Origin: Macrostomum hystrix
Lineage: Eukaryota > Animalia > Platyhelminthes
Direction: 5' to 3'
DNA: 64,000 nucleotides
Assembly (NCBI GenBank): GCA_950097015.1
Contig: CATNEN010000038.1
Location: forward strand, 15,934,001-15,998,000
Below, in pieces: positions 10,520-22,363 of this stretch (positions within the stretch are counted from its first letter, which is position 1; each line of letters starts with the position of its first letter). Under the pieces are notes generated by a model. That model saw only the letters and a program-made list of their open reading frames with translations. It had not been told where the DNA came from and searched no databases. The position numbers and the translations under genes were made by a program.

Positions 10520-11686
10520 ATGGAGCAAGATCAAGAAGCCATAAGCGCAAGCGAATTTGAGAAGTTGTTAGAAGCTGTGACTGTAGATTTCTCGGATAAT
10601 GAGAATGTTGAGCCGGATAGAGTGAAGCAGGATAAGGAGAAAAGAGTCGATAATGACGAAGAAGATATTATTCAAGTGATCATCGATGAGTCGGAAGAAC
10701 TCGAGGCGCCATTGCGGCAGAGGACGCAACCGTCTATGGTTGGTCAGCAATCGAGGGCAAACAGCCAGAAGCGAGCTGCCACCACGATGCAAGAAGAAAT
10801 CGCGAGTAAGAGGAAACTGCCGAGTTCAAGGCTACCGGTTTTCCTCGATGCCACCGCAAGGGTAAACCAACTCCGACAGCAGTCAATCGCACCAGTGGCA
10901 GCATTGGAGAAGGCTCAAAATATGCCCACGGAGGTGGCCAGAACCATCAAAGTCATCAGTACACCAAGCCAGGAGCCAGGTCGACGAGCTGCCGGACAGC
11001 GGTCGATAGCGCCGAAGCCGATTCCGCAGCCGCAGCCACCGCCTAAGGGTCGGCACATAGCACCAAAGGCGCAGAGGGTACCAATCCAGTACCAATACAG
11101 GACAGACTTCCAGCAACAGCCGCAGCCGCAGTCGTCACAGCAGTCGCAGTCGCAGCCCTCGCAGTCGTCACAGCAGTCGCAGCCGCAGCCCTCGCAGTCC
11201 TCGCAGCCGGCACAGCCGCAGTCATCACAGCAGCAGCTGCAGCTGCAGCCGTCGCAGCAGCCGTTGCAGCAAGAGCAGCCACTGCAGCAGTCGCCACAGC
11301 CGCAGCAGCGACCAGAATCAGATGAGGACATCGATATGGAGCCCGCGGAGAATCAGGAAGAATTCGCCCGAATAATGGCGGAAATTCCTCAGGCCCAACA
11401 CGAGCATTACACGCGGCTCATCCGTCACCTGAAGGGCTACATCCTGGATGCCGGACTGTACAACAATGATCGGCGATATCCGCAGCGGGCCGCAATCTAT
11501 TCCGCTATGCGTGTTCTATGCGAGAAGTTCGCCCGGAGCCATTGTATAGCCGCCTGGAAAAGGGCTGTACAATATGCGCGAAAAGTAATCAACCGCAGTC
11601 CACTGCCGGTAAACCGCATCCCCCTCAACATTGAGGAGGTGGATGGCGAGTACGGTCGGTTGGCCCCGCAACGAGAGATTGCCTGA
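10520..11686 (+). CDS. Retrotransposon ORF3, non-env protein of unknown function (388 aa)
   Basis: Intact ATG-to-stop ORF between pol and the PPT. Acidic N-terminus, Q/S/P-rich middle, ordered-looking ~100-aa C-terminus. No signal peptide or transmembrane segment. Confidence 0.8.
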   Translation: MEQDQEAISASEFEKLLEAVTVDFSDNENVEPDRVKQDKEKRVDNDEEDIIQVIIDESEELEAPLRQRTQPSMVGQQSRANSQKRAATTMQEEIASKRKLPSSRLPVFLDATARVNQLRQQSIAPVAALEKAQNMPTEVARTIKVISTPSQEPGRRAAGQRSIAPKPIPQPQPPPKGRHIAPKAQRVPIQYQYRTDFQQQPQPQSSQQSQSQPSQSSQQSQPQPSQSSQPAQPQSSQQQLQLQPSQQPLQQEQPLQQSPQPQQRPESDEDIDMEPAENQEEFARIMAEIPQAQHEHYTRLIRHLKGYILDAGLYNNDRRYPQRAAIYSAMRVLCEKFARSHCIAAWKRAVQYARKVINRSPLPVNRIPLNIEEVDGEYGRLAPQREIA

Positions 11687-11862
11687 AGACTGTTATTTTT
11701 CTTAAAAAGGACAATTTGGTCGTGTTTTAATCGTTTTATTTGGTGTTGTATTTTACTTTTCTAAAAAATTTTTCTGCTACCCGTTTTTTGCTATCCGTTT
11801 TATTTTGTGTACGCTATTGTTACTATAAATTTTGTCACGCGTGTCTTATTCCAAAATGTATA

Positions 11863-11875
11863 TAGGGGAAGCCAG
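11863..11875 (+). promoter_or_regulatory. Polypurine tract (plus-strand primer)
   Basis: TAGGGGAAGCCAG lies immediately 5' of the 3' LTR. Confidence 0.8.
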
Positions 11876-11876
11876 T

Positions 11877-12631
11877 TGAGGCAGGCCCAAATTTATCGTA
11901 TATTCTTAAAGTTGAATTCCCGCCAAATGCTTTTCCTCAGTTTTATATTTTTGGTTTGTTTTAATGTGTTGCACCAACCGCCCCAATTTTTGCTATAAAT
12001 ATAGACGCAGTTTAACCCAAAAAGCCCCAACCGGTGCCCCGTGCCCAGTTCGGAGAGCAAAAAGGAGAATAAATCTCAAAGTGTTTTTCAATTATTTTAG
12101 AGAGGAGAAAAGCAGGTCCGTGTTAATACACAAGCCAGGAGTATTCGAAAGAATAAAGAAGGGAATAGTCATAAAAAGCAGTGGAGTGTAAAACTAAAGA
12201 GCAGAAGGGTAAATCCCGATTGGTGGAAAAGCACTGTGTGCAAAGTTGGGCAACTTCAGTCCATTGGAAGCCTTGAAAGACTGGGAACAAACCAGAGAGC
12301 CAGACAGTTGTGAGTAAGTAGAGGAGAGGAAGAAGTGTCTTGCCGCTCGGACACTCGTGAGAACGCTACCAATTTTGGAAGGAAAGTAGCCTATCTGGCC
12401 AAGTTAAGCAATATATGCATATGTAATAAGAGGATACATAGCTAGCCTATGAAGAATAACTAAGTCATAGACAAAGGAAATTAAGAGTTATTTCAAAGGT
12501 TAATTCAAGGTGTGAAATAAGCAATTGTTAATATTTAATAAAAGAGTATCGGTGATATTTAAACCCAAAGAGGAGAGAGCCTACGACAACTTAGTGGCAG
12601 CTGTAAGATAAAAGAAAGGAGCCCTACGACA
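11877..12631 (+). repeat. 3' LTR (755 bp)
   Basis: Direct repeat of 3886-4640, preceded by the PPT and followed by the CTAT duplication. Confidence 0.95.
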
Positions 12632-13085
12632 CTATATAAATAGGCCTTTTTACCATTCTTCCATTTTACTGTTACTGTTTTACTGTTTAGGCCCTTAATT
12701 TTCTCAGTTTTACCAATATTTTCTATTTATATAAAAAGTGACTTTATTGTTTAAAGTCTATTTTAGTCTAGCTAGATACAAAGAAAGTAATTTAAATCAC
12801 ACTTACAGCATAATTTTTTTTAATATATAAGAATAGAAAATACCCCTTTAATCTTATGTTCTCAGCATCTCAAGGTAGAAGATAAGGGAAAACACCCTAT
12901 ATAATTGGCAATAAAGAAATTTATTATTCTTTTTTAACTAAGAATTACTAATTTTAATATTTCAAATCATATTTCATGAATCCTCAGAGCCGTCTACAAA
13001 TACAGAGCTGTCACAGCTCTCTTCATTTTTATTTATAAAAAGCATTGCAACCAGCCCTGATAAGCTTTACACCAGAATAGCATCA

Positions 13086-16000
13086 ATGGACAGGTGTCTT
13101 GTGACCTTCTTTGGTGATGCAAGCAGTGATTCAGAAGACAATGAGATTTTGTTAAAACAGGCTACAGCTGGCACTGAGGCAGAATCGGCTGCCTTCAGTC
13201 AAGGCGGTCATACCAGGCATTCGAGCAACAGTGAAAGTGCATCCAAGAATCAAAACTCAATCAGACGATCTGAACGCCGACGATGTCGAACAGAGCGAAA
13301 CAGTGACAATCACGATATGAAAGTCAGGCATTCTGACGTTGATGACAGTTGCACTGAAAACTGGGATAGGCAAGTGATGCACTGCAGCAAGAGCTGCGGA
13401 GAGCTGCTTCCATCTAGCCTGCCACCCGAAAATGACGAAGGCAATGTTGAGTACAAGCTGAAGCTGGTTAGGCCGACCTCCTCTAGACTGGAGCATTTGG
13501 TCACACAGTTGAAGTGGCGCCTAGCGGAGGGTCAAGGCCAGGCTGTGTACGAGCTGGGCGTTGAGGACAACGGTGTGGTACTCGGTCTAACTAAAGTTGA
13601 ACTAAACGAGAGTCTGCGCACTTTGAACGCCATGTGTCGCCGGCTGAACGCCAGCTATTCTATTCTGCGCGAGCGTCAGGTGAGGGTTTTATAAACCGAA
13701 CCATTAACAAATCAAAGAAAACTAGCTGTTAGGCAACGATAGTTAAGCGATACGATATAGAATGGAAAATTATATTGTTAGAATGCGTTACAAAAATGAC
13801 GCATTGCGCGGCACTTCTAGAGGCTCTGTACAGCTGTTCAGTTCGTGGAATGAGAAGGACGACGCTACGGTATAGTGTCCTGCCCAATGACAGTTTGTTC
13901 TCTTTGGGCTGAGATTCATTCTCTCGACCTGTACTGTCATAGAGTGAGTGATAGAGGAGGATGGAAAAAATCAGGATAAGTAGTGATTACAGAACAAAGA
14001 TCAGTTTTCTGACTGGTAATGACAGAAAAAGGATATCTATAGATGACTAGTGACAAAAGAACAAGGATCAGGGGCAGGATGACTAGTGCTGACAACAAAG
14101 ATCAGTTACTAAATCTAGTCAGCATCGTATCATATACTAATTTGAGTAAAATCCGTGCATCTCAGGTTGACAATGGCACTCGCAAAGCACAAGAGATTCT
14201 CATACGCCGATTGCCAAACGACAAAATTGACCTAGTCGAAAGTCGATTAGCAGTTCTGGGAAATTTGGACGCCGGCAAGTCCACGCTGCTGGGCGTGCTG
14301 ACGCAAGGAGATCTGGACAACGGTCGCGGCCGAGCCAGGTTGAACCTGTTCCGGCATCCTCACGAAATCCAGACTGGCTACACGTCCAGTGTTAGCTCGG
14401 AGATTTTGGGATTCGACGCCAAGGGAAATCTAATCAATTATAGTGGAAACCGTTGCGTTGAGGATATTCTAGAAGAGAGTAGTAAACTTTACCGACTTAT
14501 TGATTTGGCTGGTCACATCCGGTATCAAAAGACTACACTGAGAGGCCTGATGGCTCACGATCCACATCTGGTGGCACTAGTCGTGTCTTCTGTTACTGGA
14601 CTAACAGATATGGCGCAGGAACACGCAGCATTGGCTATTGGGCTGCAGGTGAGACCGGGTGTTCTGCTAAATGGTACTCGTATATAATTGGCTGGAGGTG
14701 AGACTACTGATGATAGATAACAGATGCGGGTGTTTTTTATTTGATCGATAATTGGCTGCAGATGAGACTAGTTCTTCTGTTAATTGATAGATAATTGGCT
14801 GCAGGTGAGAACAATGATGCCTTATTCCTAAACTCGTTTATAACATCTGCAGGTGCCATTCATAATTGTGATCACAAAGATCGACCTGTGCAATCACGAG
14901 CCGGTGCTTGCCTCAGTGGAGGCCTGGTTGAAGGCAACGGGCAATAAGCGAATACCGCTCGTTGTGCGCACTAAAGATGATGCCATCACGGCTGCAGACA
15001 ATCTGCTGCAGTCGGCCGGCAGTTTGACGCCCATCTTTCTGATGTCTTGCATCACTGGCGTAGGGCTACCGCTCCTGACCGAGTTTCTGAATGTTGTTCC
15101 GGCTAATTCGCAATCGCGATCCTGGCAGCAGCAGCAGCAGCAGCTGTTGCATCAGCATCAGCAATTTGCGCAGGAGTTCTGCGTTGACAGCGTGGCCAGC
15201 TTGTCCGACGGTAAAAGTTCACAGACCTATTGGCGCTACGTTCTATCTGGCCCAGTTTTGAAAGGCCGACTAAAAGAGGGCGACCTGCTACAACTGGGAC
15301 CCGGCGTTGATGGAGTCTTTGTTCCGGTGCGTATCGCCAGTTTGAACCGGAACCGGCTATCCTGCGGCGCTGTGCAAGCCGGACACTGGGCCTCCGTCAC
15401 CGTGGAGTTGAAACTCGACGGCAGGTGAGTTTTGTTACCTGTAATTGTCTAACCAGCAAGATTTTTATTGAGATTCGTGATCTTCAGTCTTTTACGATAT
15501 ATTTCTACATTCCAAAGAATTAAATAAATTTGTTTTTCAGGATGTTTCTTAAATCTTTCACTATCAAATATTCTTGCATCAGAATCTTTCTGGAAACTTT
15601 TAGGGTCTCTCTAAAATCCTTCAGGAGCTTTCTCAAATCCTTCAGGAGCTTTCTCAAATCATTCAGGAGCTTTCTCAAATCCTCAGGAGCTTTCTCAAAT
15701 CCTTCAGGAGCTTTCTCAAATCCTTCAGGAGCTTTCTCAAATCCTTCAGGAGCTTTCTCAAATCCTTCAGGAGCTTTCTCAAATCCTTCAGGAGCTTTCT
15801 CAAATCCTTCAGGAGCTTTCTCAAATCCTTCAGGAGCTTTCTCAAATCCTTCAGGAGCTTTCTCAAATCCTTCAGGAGCTTTCTCAAATCCTTCAGGAGC
15901 TTTCTCAAATCCTTCAGGAGCTTTCTCAAATCCTTCAGGAGCTTTCTCAAATCATTCAGGAGCTTTCTCAAATCCTTCAGGAGCTTTCTCAAATCCTTCA

Positions 16001-17858
16001 GGAGCTTTCTCAAATCCTTCAGGAGCTTTCTCAAATCCTTCAGGAGCTTTCTCAAATCCTTCAGGAGCTTTCTCAAATCATTCAGGAGCTTTCTCAAATC
16101 CTTCAGGAGCTTTCTCAAATCCTTCAGGAGCTTTCTCAAATCCTTCAGGAGCTTTCTCAAATCCTTCAGGAGCTTTCTCAAATCCTTCAGGAGCTTTCTC
16201 AAATCCTTCAGGAGCTTTCTCAAATCCTTCAGGAGCTTTCTCAAATCCTTCAGGAGCTTTCTCAAATCCTTCAGGAGCTTTCTCAAATCCTTCAGGAGCT
16301 TTCTCAAATCCTTCAGGAGCTTTCTCAAATCCTTCAGGAGCTTTCTCAAATCCTTCAGGAGCTTTCTCAAATCATTCAGGAGCTTTCTCAAATCCTTCAG
16401 GAGCTTTCTCAAATCCTTCAGGAGCTTTCTCAAATCCTTCAAGAGCTTTCTCAAATCCTTCAGGAGCTTTCTCAAATCATTCAGGAGCTTTCTCAAATCC
16501 TTCAGGAGCTTTCTCAAATCCTTCAGGAGCTTTCTCAAATCCTTCAGGAGCTTTCTCAAATCCTTCAGGAGCTTTCTCAAATCATTCAGGAGCTTTCTCA
16601 AATCATTCAGGAGCTTTCTCAAATCCTTCAGGAGCTTTCTCAAATCCTTCAGGAGCTTTCTCAAATCCTTCAGGAGCTTTCTCAAATCCTTCAGGAGCTT
16701 TCTCAAATCCTTCAGGAGCTTTCTCAAATCCTTCAGGAGCTTTCTCAAATCCTTCAGGAGCTTTCTCAAATCCTTCAGGAGCTTTCTCAAATCCTTCAGG
16801 AGCTTTCTCAAATCCTTCAGGAGCTTTCTCAAATCCTTCAGGAGCTTTCTCAAATCCTTCAGGAGCTTTCTCAAATCCTTCAGGAGCTTTCTCAAATCCT
16901 TCAGGAGCTTTCTCAAATCCTTCAGGAGCTTTCTCAAATCCTTCAGGAGCTTTCTCAAATCCTTCAGGAGCTTTCTCAAATCCTTCAGGAGCTTTCTCAA
17001 ATCCTTCAGGAGCTTTCTCAAATCCTTCAGGAGCTTTCTCAAATCCTTCAGGAGCTTTCTCAAATCCTTCAGGAGCTTTCTCAAATCCTTCAGGAGCTTT
17101 CTCAAATCCTTCAGGAGCTTTCTCAAATCCTTCAGGAGCTTTCTCAAATCCTTCAGGAGCTTTCTCAAATCCTTCAGGAGCTTTCTCAAATCCTTCAGGA
17201 GCTTTCTCAAATCCTTCAGGATAAGGACCAGAATTTCTAGATTTGCTCCCAGGATATGGCTCTGATGCATACCGCTTCACTCCGTGCGAGATCACTCATA
17301 GCCTCTGCTACTCGTCTCAGGTGCTGGGGCGCCCATACTCTGCCGCGCGTAGCCGAAAGCTTCGCTCGCCGCGGTGCCTTTCTGGTCTCGTTGAACAGCC
17401 AGCCGCCGGCGGTGCTCAGCTTCAGCGCTCAGGTGATGCCGCACTCGTGCCGCAGGCAGCAACACCTGACTGGCCGATGCGACAGTGGCAGCCTGTTCAG
17501 ACCAGGCCGGAGAATCAATGTTCTCAGCGGCAGCGTCTGTCAGATGGCCATTGTTGGCAGTAAAACTAGTCTATTAAAATCCAACGTCCCTGCTGATAAC
17601 GCATCGAGCTCTAGTAGCAGCAGTGGTACCAGCAGTACAGCGCGAAAACAATCATCTGCTAGTAGTAAAAATAAGAGGCAACAGCAGCAGTGTACAGGTA
17701 GCAACAATGCCGAGCCTGCCCCGCAACAATTGATTGGTTTGCGTTTCGCTAAACAGGCCGAACTCTTACGGCCCGGAGATCGATTGGTTCTACGCGTTGG
17801 TCATCGCGTGGTGGGTGTTGGGCGAGTTCAACGAATTAACAACCTGCTGCAGAATTGA
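13086..17858 (+). CDS. GTPBP2: GTP-binding protein 2 (translational GTPase), 4 exons, about 728 aa
   Basis: Exons 13086-13679, 14166-14648, 14853-15424, 17321-17858 with GT-AG introns in consistent phase. Motifs LPPENDEGNVEYKLKL, GNLDAGKSTL, LFRHPHEIQTGYTSS, DLAGH, TKID. Confidence 0.93.
15611..17221. repeat. 21-bp minisatellite (about 76 copies) in GTPBP2 intron 3
   Basis: AAATCCTTCAGGAGCTTTCTC tandem array, nearly homogeneous. Confidence 0.98.
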
Positions 17859-17917
17859 AACTTGCTTCTCTGCGTTCTATTGCGTCTCTTTGATTCTTGA
17901 ATAGGTAGATTTGGAAA

Positions 17918-19160
17918 CTAGTTAGCAGTCTCTTGCGCAGGACTGACACTAGTTGGCAGTCTCTTGCACAGGACTGACACCAGTTAGCAGTCTCTTGCAC
18001 AGGACTGGCACCAGTTAGCAGTCTCTTGCGCAGGACTGACCCCAGTTAGCAGTCTCTTGCGCAGGACTGACACACTAGTTTGCAGTCTCTTGCACAGGAC
18101 TGGCACCAGTTAGCAGTCTCTTGCACAGGACTGACACCAGTTAGCAGTCTCTTGCTCAGGACTGACACCAGTTAGCAGTCTCTTGCTCAGGACTGACACC
18201 AGTTAGCAGTCTCTTGCGCAGGACTGACACACTAGTTGGCAGTCTCTTGCACAGGACTGACACCAGTTAGCAGTCTCTTGCTCAGGACTGACACCAGTTA
18301 GCAGTCTCTTGCTCAGGACTGACACCAGTTAGCAGTCTCTTGCTCAGGACTGACACCAGTTAGCAGTCTCTTGCTCAGGACTGACACCAGTTAGCAGTCT
18401 CTTGCGCAGGACTGACACACTAGTTGGCAGTCTCTTGCACAGGACTGACACACTAGTTGGCAGTCTCTTGCACAGGACTGACACCAGTTAGCAGTCTCTT
18501 GCACAGGACTGACACCAGTTAGCAGTCTCTTGCGCAGGACTGACACACTAGTTGGCAGTCTCTTGCTCAGGACTGACACCAGTTAGCAGTCTCTTGCACA
18601 GGACTGACACCAGTTAGCAGTCTCTTGCGCAGGACTGACACACTAGTTGGCAGTCTCTTGCGCAGGACTGACACACTAGTTTGCAGTCTCTTGCACAGGA
18701 CTGGCACCAGTTAGCAGTCTCTTGCGCAGGACTGACACACTAGTTGGCAGTCTCTTGCTCAGGACTGACACCAGTTAGCAGTCTCTTGCGCAGGACTGAC
18801 ACACTAGTTGGCAGTCTCTTGCACAGGACTGACACACTAGTTGGCAGTCTCTTGCACAGGACTGACACCAGTTAGCAGTCTCTTGCACAGGACTGACACC
18901 AGTTAGCAGTCTTGCTCAGGACTGACACCAGTTAGCAGTCTCTTGCTCAGGACTGACACCAGTTAGCAGTCTCTTGCACAGGACTGACACCAGTTAGCAG
19001 TCTCTTGCGCAGGACTGACACACTAGTTGGCAGTCTCTTGCGCAGTACTGACACCAGTTAGCAGTCTCTTGCACAGGACTGACACCAGTTAGCAGTCTCT
19101 TGCGCAGGACTGACACACTAGTTGGCAGTCTCTTGCTCAGGACTGACACCAGTTAGCAGA
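17918..19160. repeat. 31/33-bp minisatellite downstream of the GTPBP2 stop
   Basis: CCAGTTAGCAGTCTCTTGCACAGGACTGACA units interspersed with a CACTAGTTGG variant. Confidence 0.97.
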
Positions 19161-20033
19161 CTGTTAAACAGACAAAGTAGCAATGGTTTGACAATGTTGT
19201 CTAAAATAAATGAAGCAAGATAAGTGAGCCTTATTATTTTTGTGCGTATTATTCACGTTAGAAGTTTTTTTGTTTTGCAATCGTTTGCAATTCTGCAAGA
19301 TTGTTTTAACAAGGCTGATTCGGTTAAGTTCTTTGTTTTGTCGTTATATTTTTTTAACCAGAAGTTAAAGTTTTGTTTTGTTTTTGTTGCTTAAATTAAC
19401 TAGACAAGTAAACTGATTCTTATCGTTACTTAAAGAAATGTCAGGCAATTGTAGCGCTTTAAGCACTTGAATATATATTGAAGTGTTTAGACAAACGTGT
19501 GCTTTGAGTGATAATTTGTCAGATATCTAGCCCACCCACATGTGGTCATTTCTAAACATGTACGCCCTAATCTAATGTTTGCATGGGTGCCTGTTAAACT
19601 TTCCGCCTAATTTAATTCGAGTGTGTCTTGTTAACTGGCTAAGGAATATTATTATGAGCTCAAATGCTATCGATTTTTAAGGTGTCTCACTATCTAGCTG
19701 CAGCACTTGTTTCATTTTATTCTCATTTGTGTTCTCTATATTGTTTACTTTCTATTATATATATATATATGTTTTATTTTTATTTTATTTTATCAGCAGA
19801 TTTTTTGTCTCCTTTTTTCTATGTACAAAAGTTATACCTAATAAAAACGTTAAAATTCATTAAATAATAAGCTTCTATCGAGCCTTAATACTTTATATTT
19901 AGCTGCACTTAGCATTTCTTTGTCTTCTTTTTGTAATAAAATAATAAAAATTAACGACACCTGGCCCATAATAACTTTTAAACAAATTTAAAAAGGTCAT
20001 AAAAGCCAGGAAATCGAATCGCACTAAATTTTA

Positions 20034-20145
20034 GCCAATCAGCGAGGGTGAATTATCAACCAATCAGCGAGGGTGAAGTATCAACCAATCAGCGAGGGTG
20101 AAGTATCAACCAATCAGCGAGGGTGAAGTATCAACCAATCAGCGA
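20034..20145. repeat. 25-bp tandem repeat, each unit with a CCAAT box
   Basis: CAACCAATCAGCGAGGGTGAAGTAT, about 4.5 copies. Confidence 0.9.
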
Positions 20146-21039
20146 CAGTTGATGTTTAGGAGCTATCGTGAAGTAGGCAGTGGATATTTGAAATACGCCC
20201 CCGTGGTCTTTCCCCATGCAGGGAGAAAAATAGCCTGGCCTTTCTACTGTTAAATAACCAAAAGTATACAAGAAAGCAAACAATATAAGTTACTGTTATG
20301 TAGTTGCATTTGGAATTAACAAAGCTGTTGACCTTAAGAAGAGCCTTATTCATCGTTTCAAAAGCTATCACATACTCATGGACAACTGTACACGTACGCA
20401 AACTATAAAATGAATTTACAAGGCTCAGTAGGAATTGCGGCACCCTCTCTAAGATAAGCGTCTGTTCGCCGCTGTCTAAGCCGGCTAGCCCAGTCTAGCG
20501 CAGCTCCGCCCAGCCAATCACGGCTGGTCCACCCCGCGCAGCCGTGACCAATCAGCTCGCGGGTAGCAGCTAAGCCATCCTCAGCATGGCCAGCGGTGTT
20601 AGGTCGCCTAGACGACTTCAAGCATTCGGCGAAGCTCCGGCTAGCAGGAGGACGTGAACTCCGGACGTAGAACTAACCCGATGCAGGCTGGTCTCGCCGA
20701 GCAGATCGGCGGAAGTGGCATCGGCGCCGGATTCAACGAGAAACTCCAGCAGAGCCGCAGCGTCATTGAGTCACAGTCAGCTACAAGCATGAGCACAGTA
20801 TGACGGACCAGAGTCATAGTGGCGAGCCGCCTCAGCTGAGCATTAGTCGCCACGTATTGCCAATTGGGCCAATTCGCTTATCGTAGTCATGGCCTAAAAA
20901 CACGTTTTAAAAAATAGGCAACGATATACTATTAGTTATAAAGTAGTATGTTTCGATTATGCTTTTATAAACAACATATTTTGCTATTAGGCGGCTACCC
21001 AAGTGATTTTGAATTAATTTTTAATAGATAATAATAACA

Positions 21040-21312
21040 ATAATTGATTAAAGTTGCCACAATCGGACCCGATGTGCAGCCGCTGCTATTGCGGGGCGGT
21101 TCTGATAGCTTCAAACAGCTGTTCAGTCCATGGACTGGGGGGACGCCACACGAACCATTAATTACCACAACAAATGCTGGTACCAATTTAACAGCTTGGT
21201 GAACTGAAGCAATGCACAGTGAAGTGTCTTATTAAACAGAACAAGTTATTCCAGAGAATTCGGGAATCGAACCCCCGACCTTAAACACTATACCCACTAG
21301 GCTACAAAGAGC
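21040..21312 (-). mobile_element. tRNA-derived SINE, family A
   Basis: Minus strand carries an A box (TAGCCTAGTGG) and a B box (GGTTCGATTCC). The body is shared with copies near 23850, 25715, 27545 and 56634. Confidence 0.8.
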
Positions 21313-21764
21313 GGTGACTGCTGTTAATGGTCGAAAAGAACTAAAAAAATGAATTGAACAAAGGTGGAAATTCGATTATAAGATACATCAATTTAGCTGC
21401 TTGTATATGAAGTAAAATGTCGTTGATAATGTACGCACAATCGTTAAACGGAGAATATAAAAAGACTCCATGAATGCAGTACATTGTTAGCAAAATACCT
21501 TTCTATACGAGCTAGAAACCACAGTCCATGCATTCCTTCCAGACAAGAAAACTGCAGAACAGAAGAGAGAGAGAGAAGCGAGTGTACAGAGGCTGAGAGA
21601 GGAGACAGGCCGTAAGAGCTGCTTCAGCTGTTGCTCCTAACCTGCTGTACATTTCTCTATCCACACGCCTCTACTAATACATTGGATGCCTGTTGGCTCT
21701 CTTCATCACATATTCCACTCCGTCGTTTGTCTCTAGTCGCATATCGCCGGTCTGCACTGCAGCC

Positions 21765-22166
21765 ATGGCACAGAAGCATCTAATGACAAACGTGAACATG
21801 CTCTACGACAGTCTAATGTCAACTGGGCATGTGCACAGCTGCGCCCTGCTGTCCAGAGCCGATGGCTCAGTACTAGCCAGCAGCGTTGGCTATAGCCCTG
21901 CTCCAGAGCAGCTGCAGGTCGTCCTGGACGCCTTCGCCAGTCCTGCCGAGGCCAGAAAGAATGGCGCCGCTTTTGAAGGCCGCGACTACAAGGTGATGCG
22001 GGCGGACAAGAACTCGGTGTACGCCAGGGCTGGCAAGAAGGGCCTAGTGGCGGTCCGAACCAATGGACACGTCATTCTAGCCACCTACGCGGACGCAATG
22101 TGCCCAGCTGTGTGCATCGAGGCCTGCGAGAAGCTGGGCGAGTATCTCAGATTGAAGGACAAGTAG
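21765..22166 (+). CDS. Profilin (profilin-4-like), intronless, 133 aa
   Basis: LMSTGHVHSCALL...DGSVLASS...G-x-x-FEGRDYKVMRADKNSVYA...EACEKLGEYL profilin pattern. ATG in GCCATGG context. Confidence 0.88.
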   Translation: MAQKHLMTNVNMLYDSLMSTGHVHSCALLSRADGSVLASSVGYSPAPEQLQVVLDAFASPAEARKNGAAFEGRDYKVMRADKNSVYARAGKKGLVAVRTNGHVILATYADAMCPAVCIEACEKLGEYLRLKDK

Positions 22167-22363
22167 AACTCTACAGACTGGCGACCTTTGCGTGCGGTCG
22201 ATAGGTAGACAATAATAGAATTGTGTAAAGCATTAGGATTCGCATTTTACGAATACACTTATATAAAGGAATTAAATCACCATTCCACTGCTTTGTGTGA
22301 GGTTCTGGGATATTATGCAGGTACTGTTTCTATCGTAAGTCTTTTTGGATATTTGTCACTTAA

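Larger units (their letters stand above)
3886..12631 (+). mobile_element. Full-length Ty3/Gypsy LTR retrotransposon (gag, pol, extra ORF3)
   Basis: Two 755-bp direct repeats with TG...CA ends (3886-4640, 11877-12631). 4-bp target-site duplication CTAT at 3882-3885 and 12632-12635. PBS and PPT present. Pol order PR-RT-RH-IN is the Gypsy order. Confidence 0.97.

Noticed and set aside
4944-11331. Antisense ORFs over gag, pol and ORF3 (e.g. 8051-8683 and the Cys-rich 10915-11331)
   Set aside because: Shadow frames of coding or CAG-rich sequence with no recognisable motifs.
10520-11686. ORF3 as env
   Set aside because: No signal peptide, transmembrane helix or Cys-rich ectodomain.
15530-17295. 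Long ORFs (GAFSNPS)n, (LKDLRKL)n and (PEGFEKA)n
   Set aside because: Artefacts of a stop-free 21-bp satellite inside GTPBP2 intron 3. The flanking exons splice in phase without it.
20660-20690. CTAACCC as a telomerase RNA template
   Set aside because: Only about one repeat long (AACTAACCCG), too short for a template plus alignment region, with no other support.
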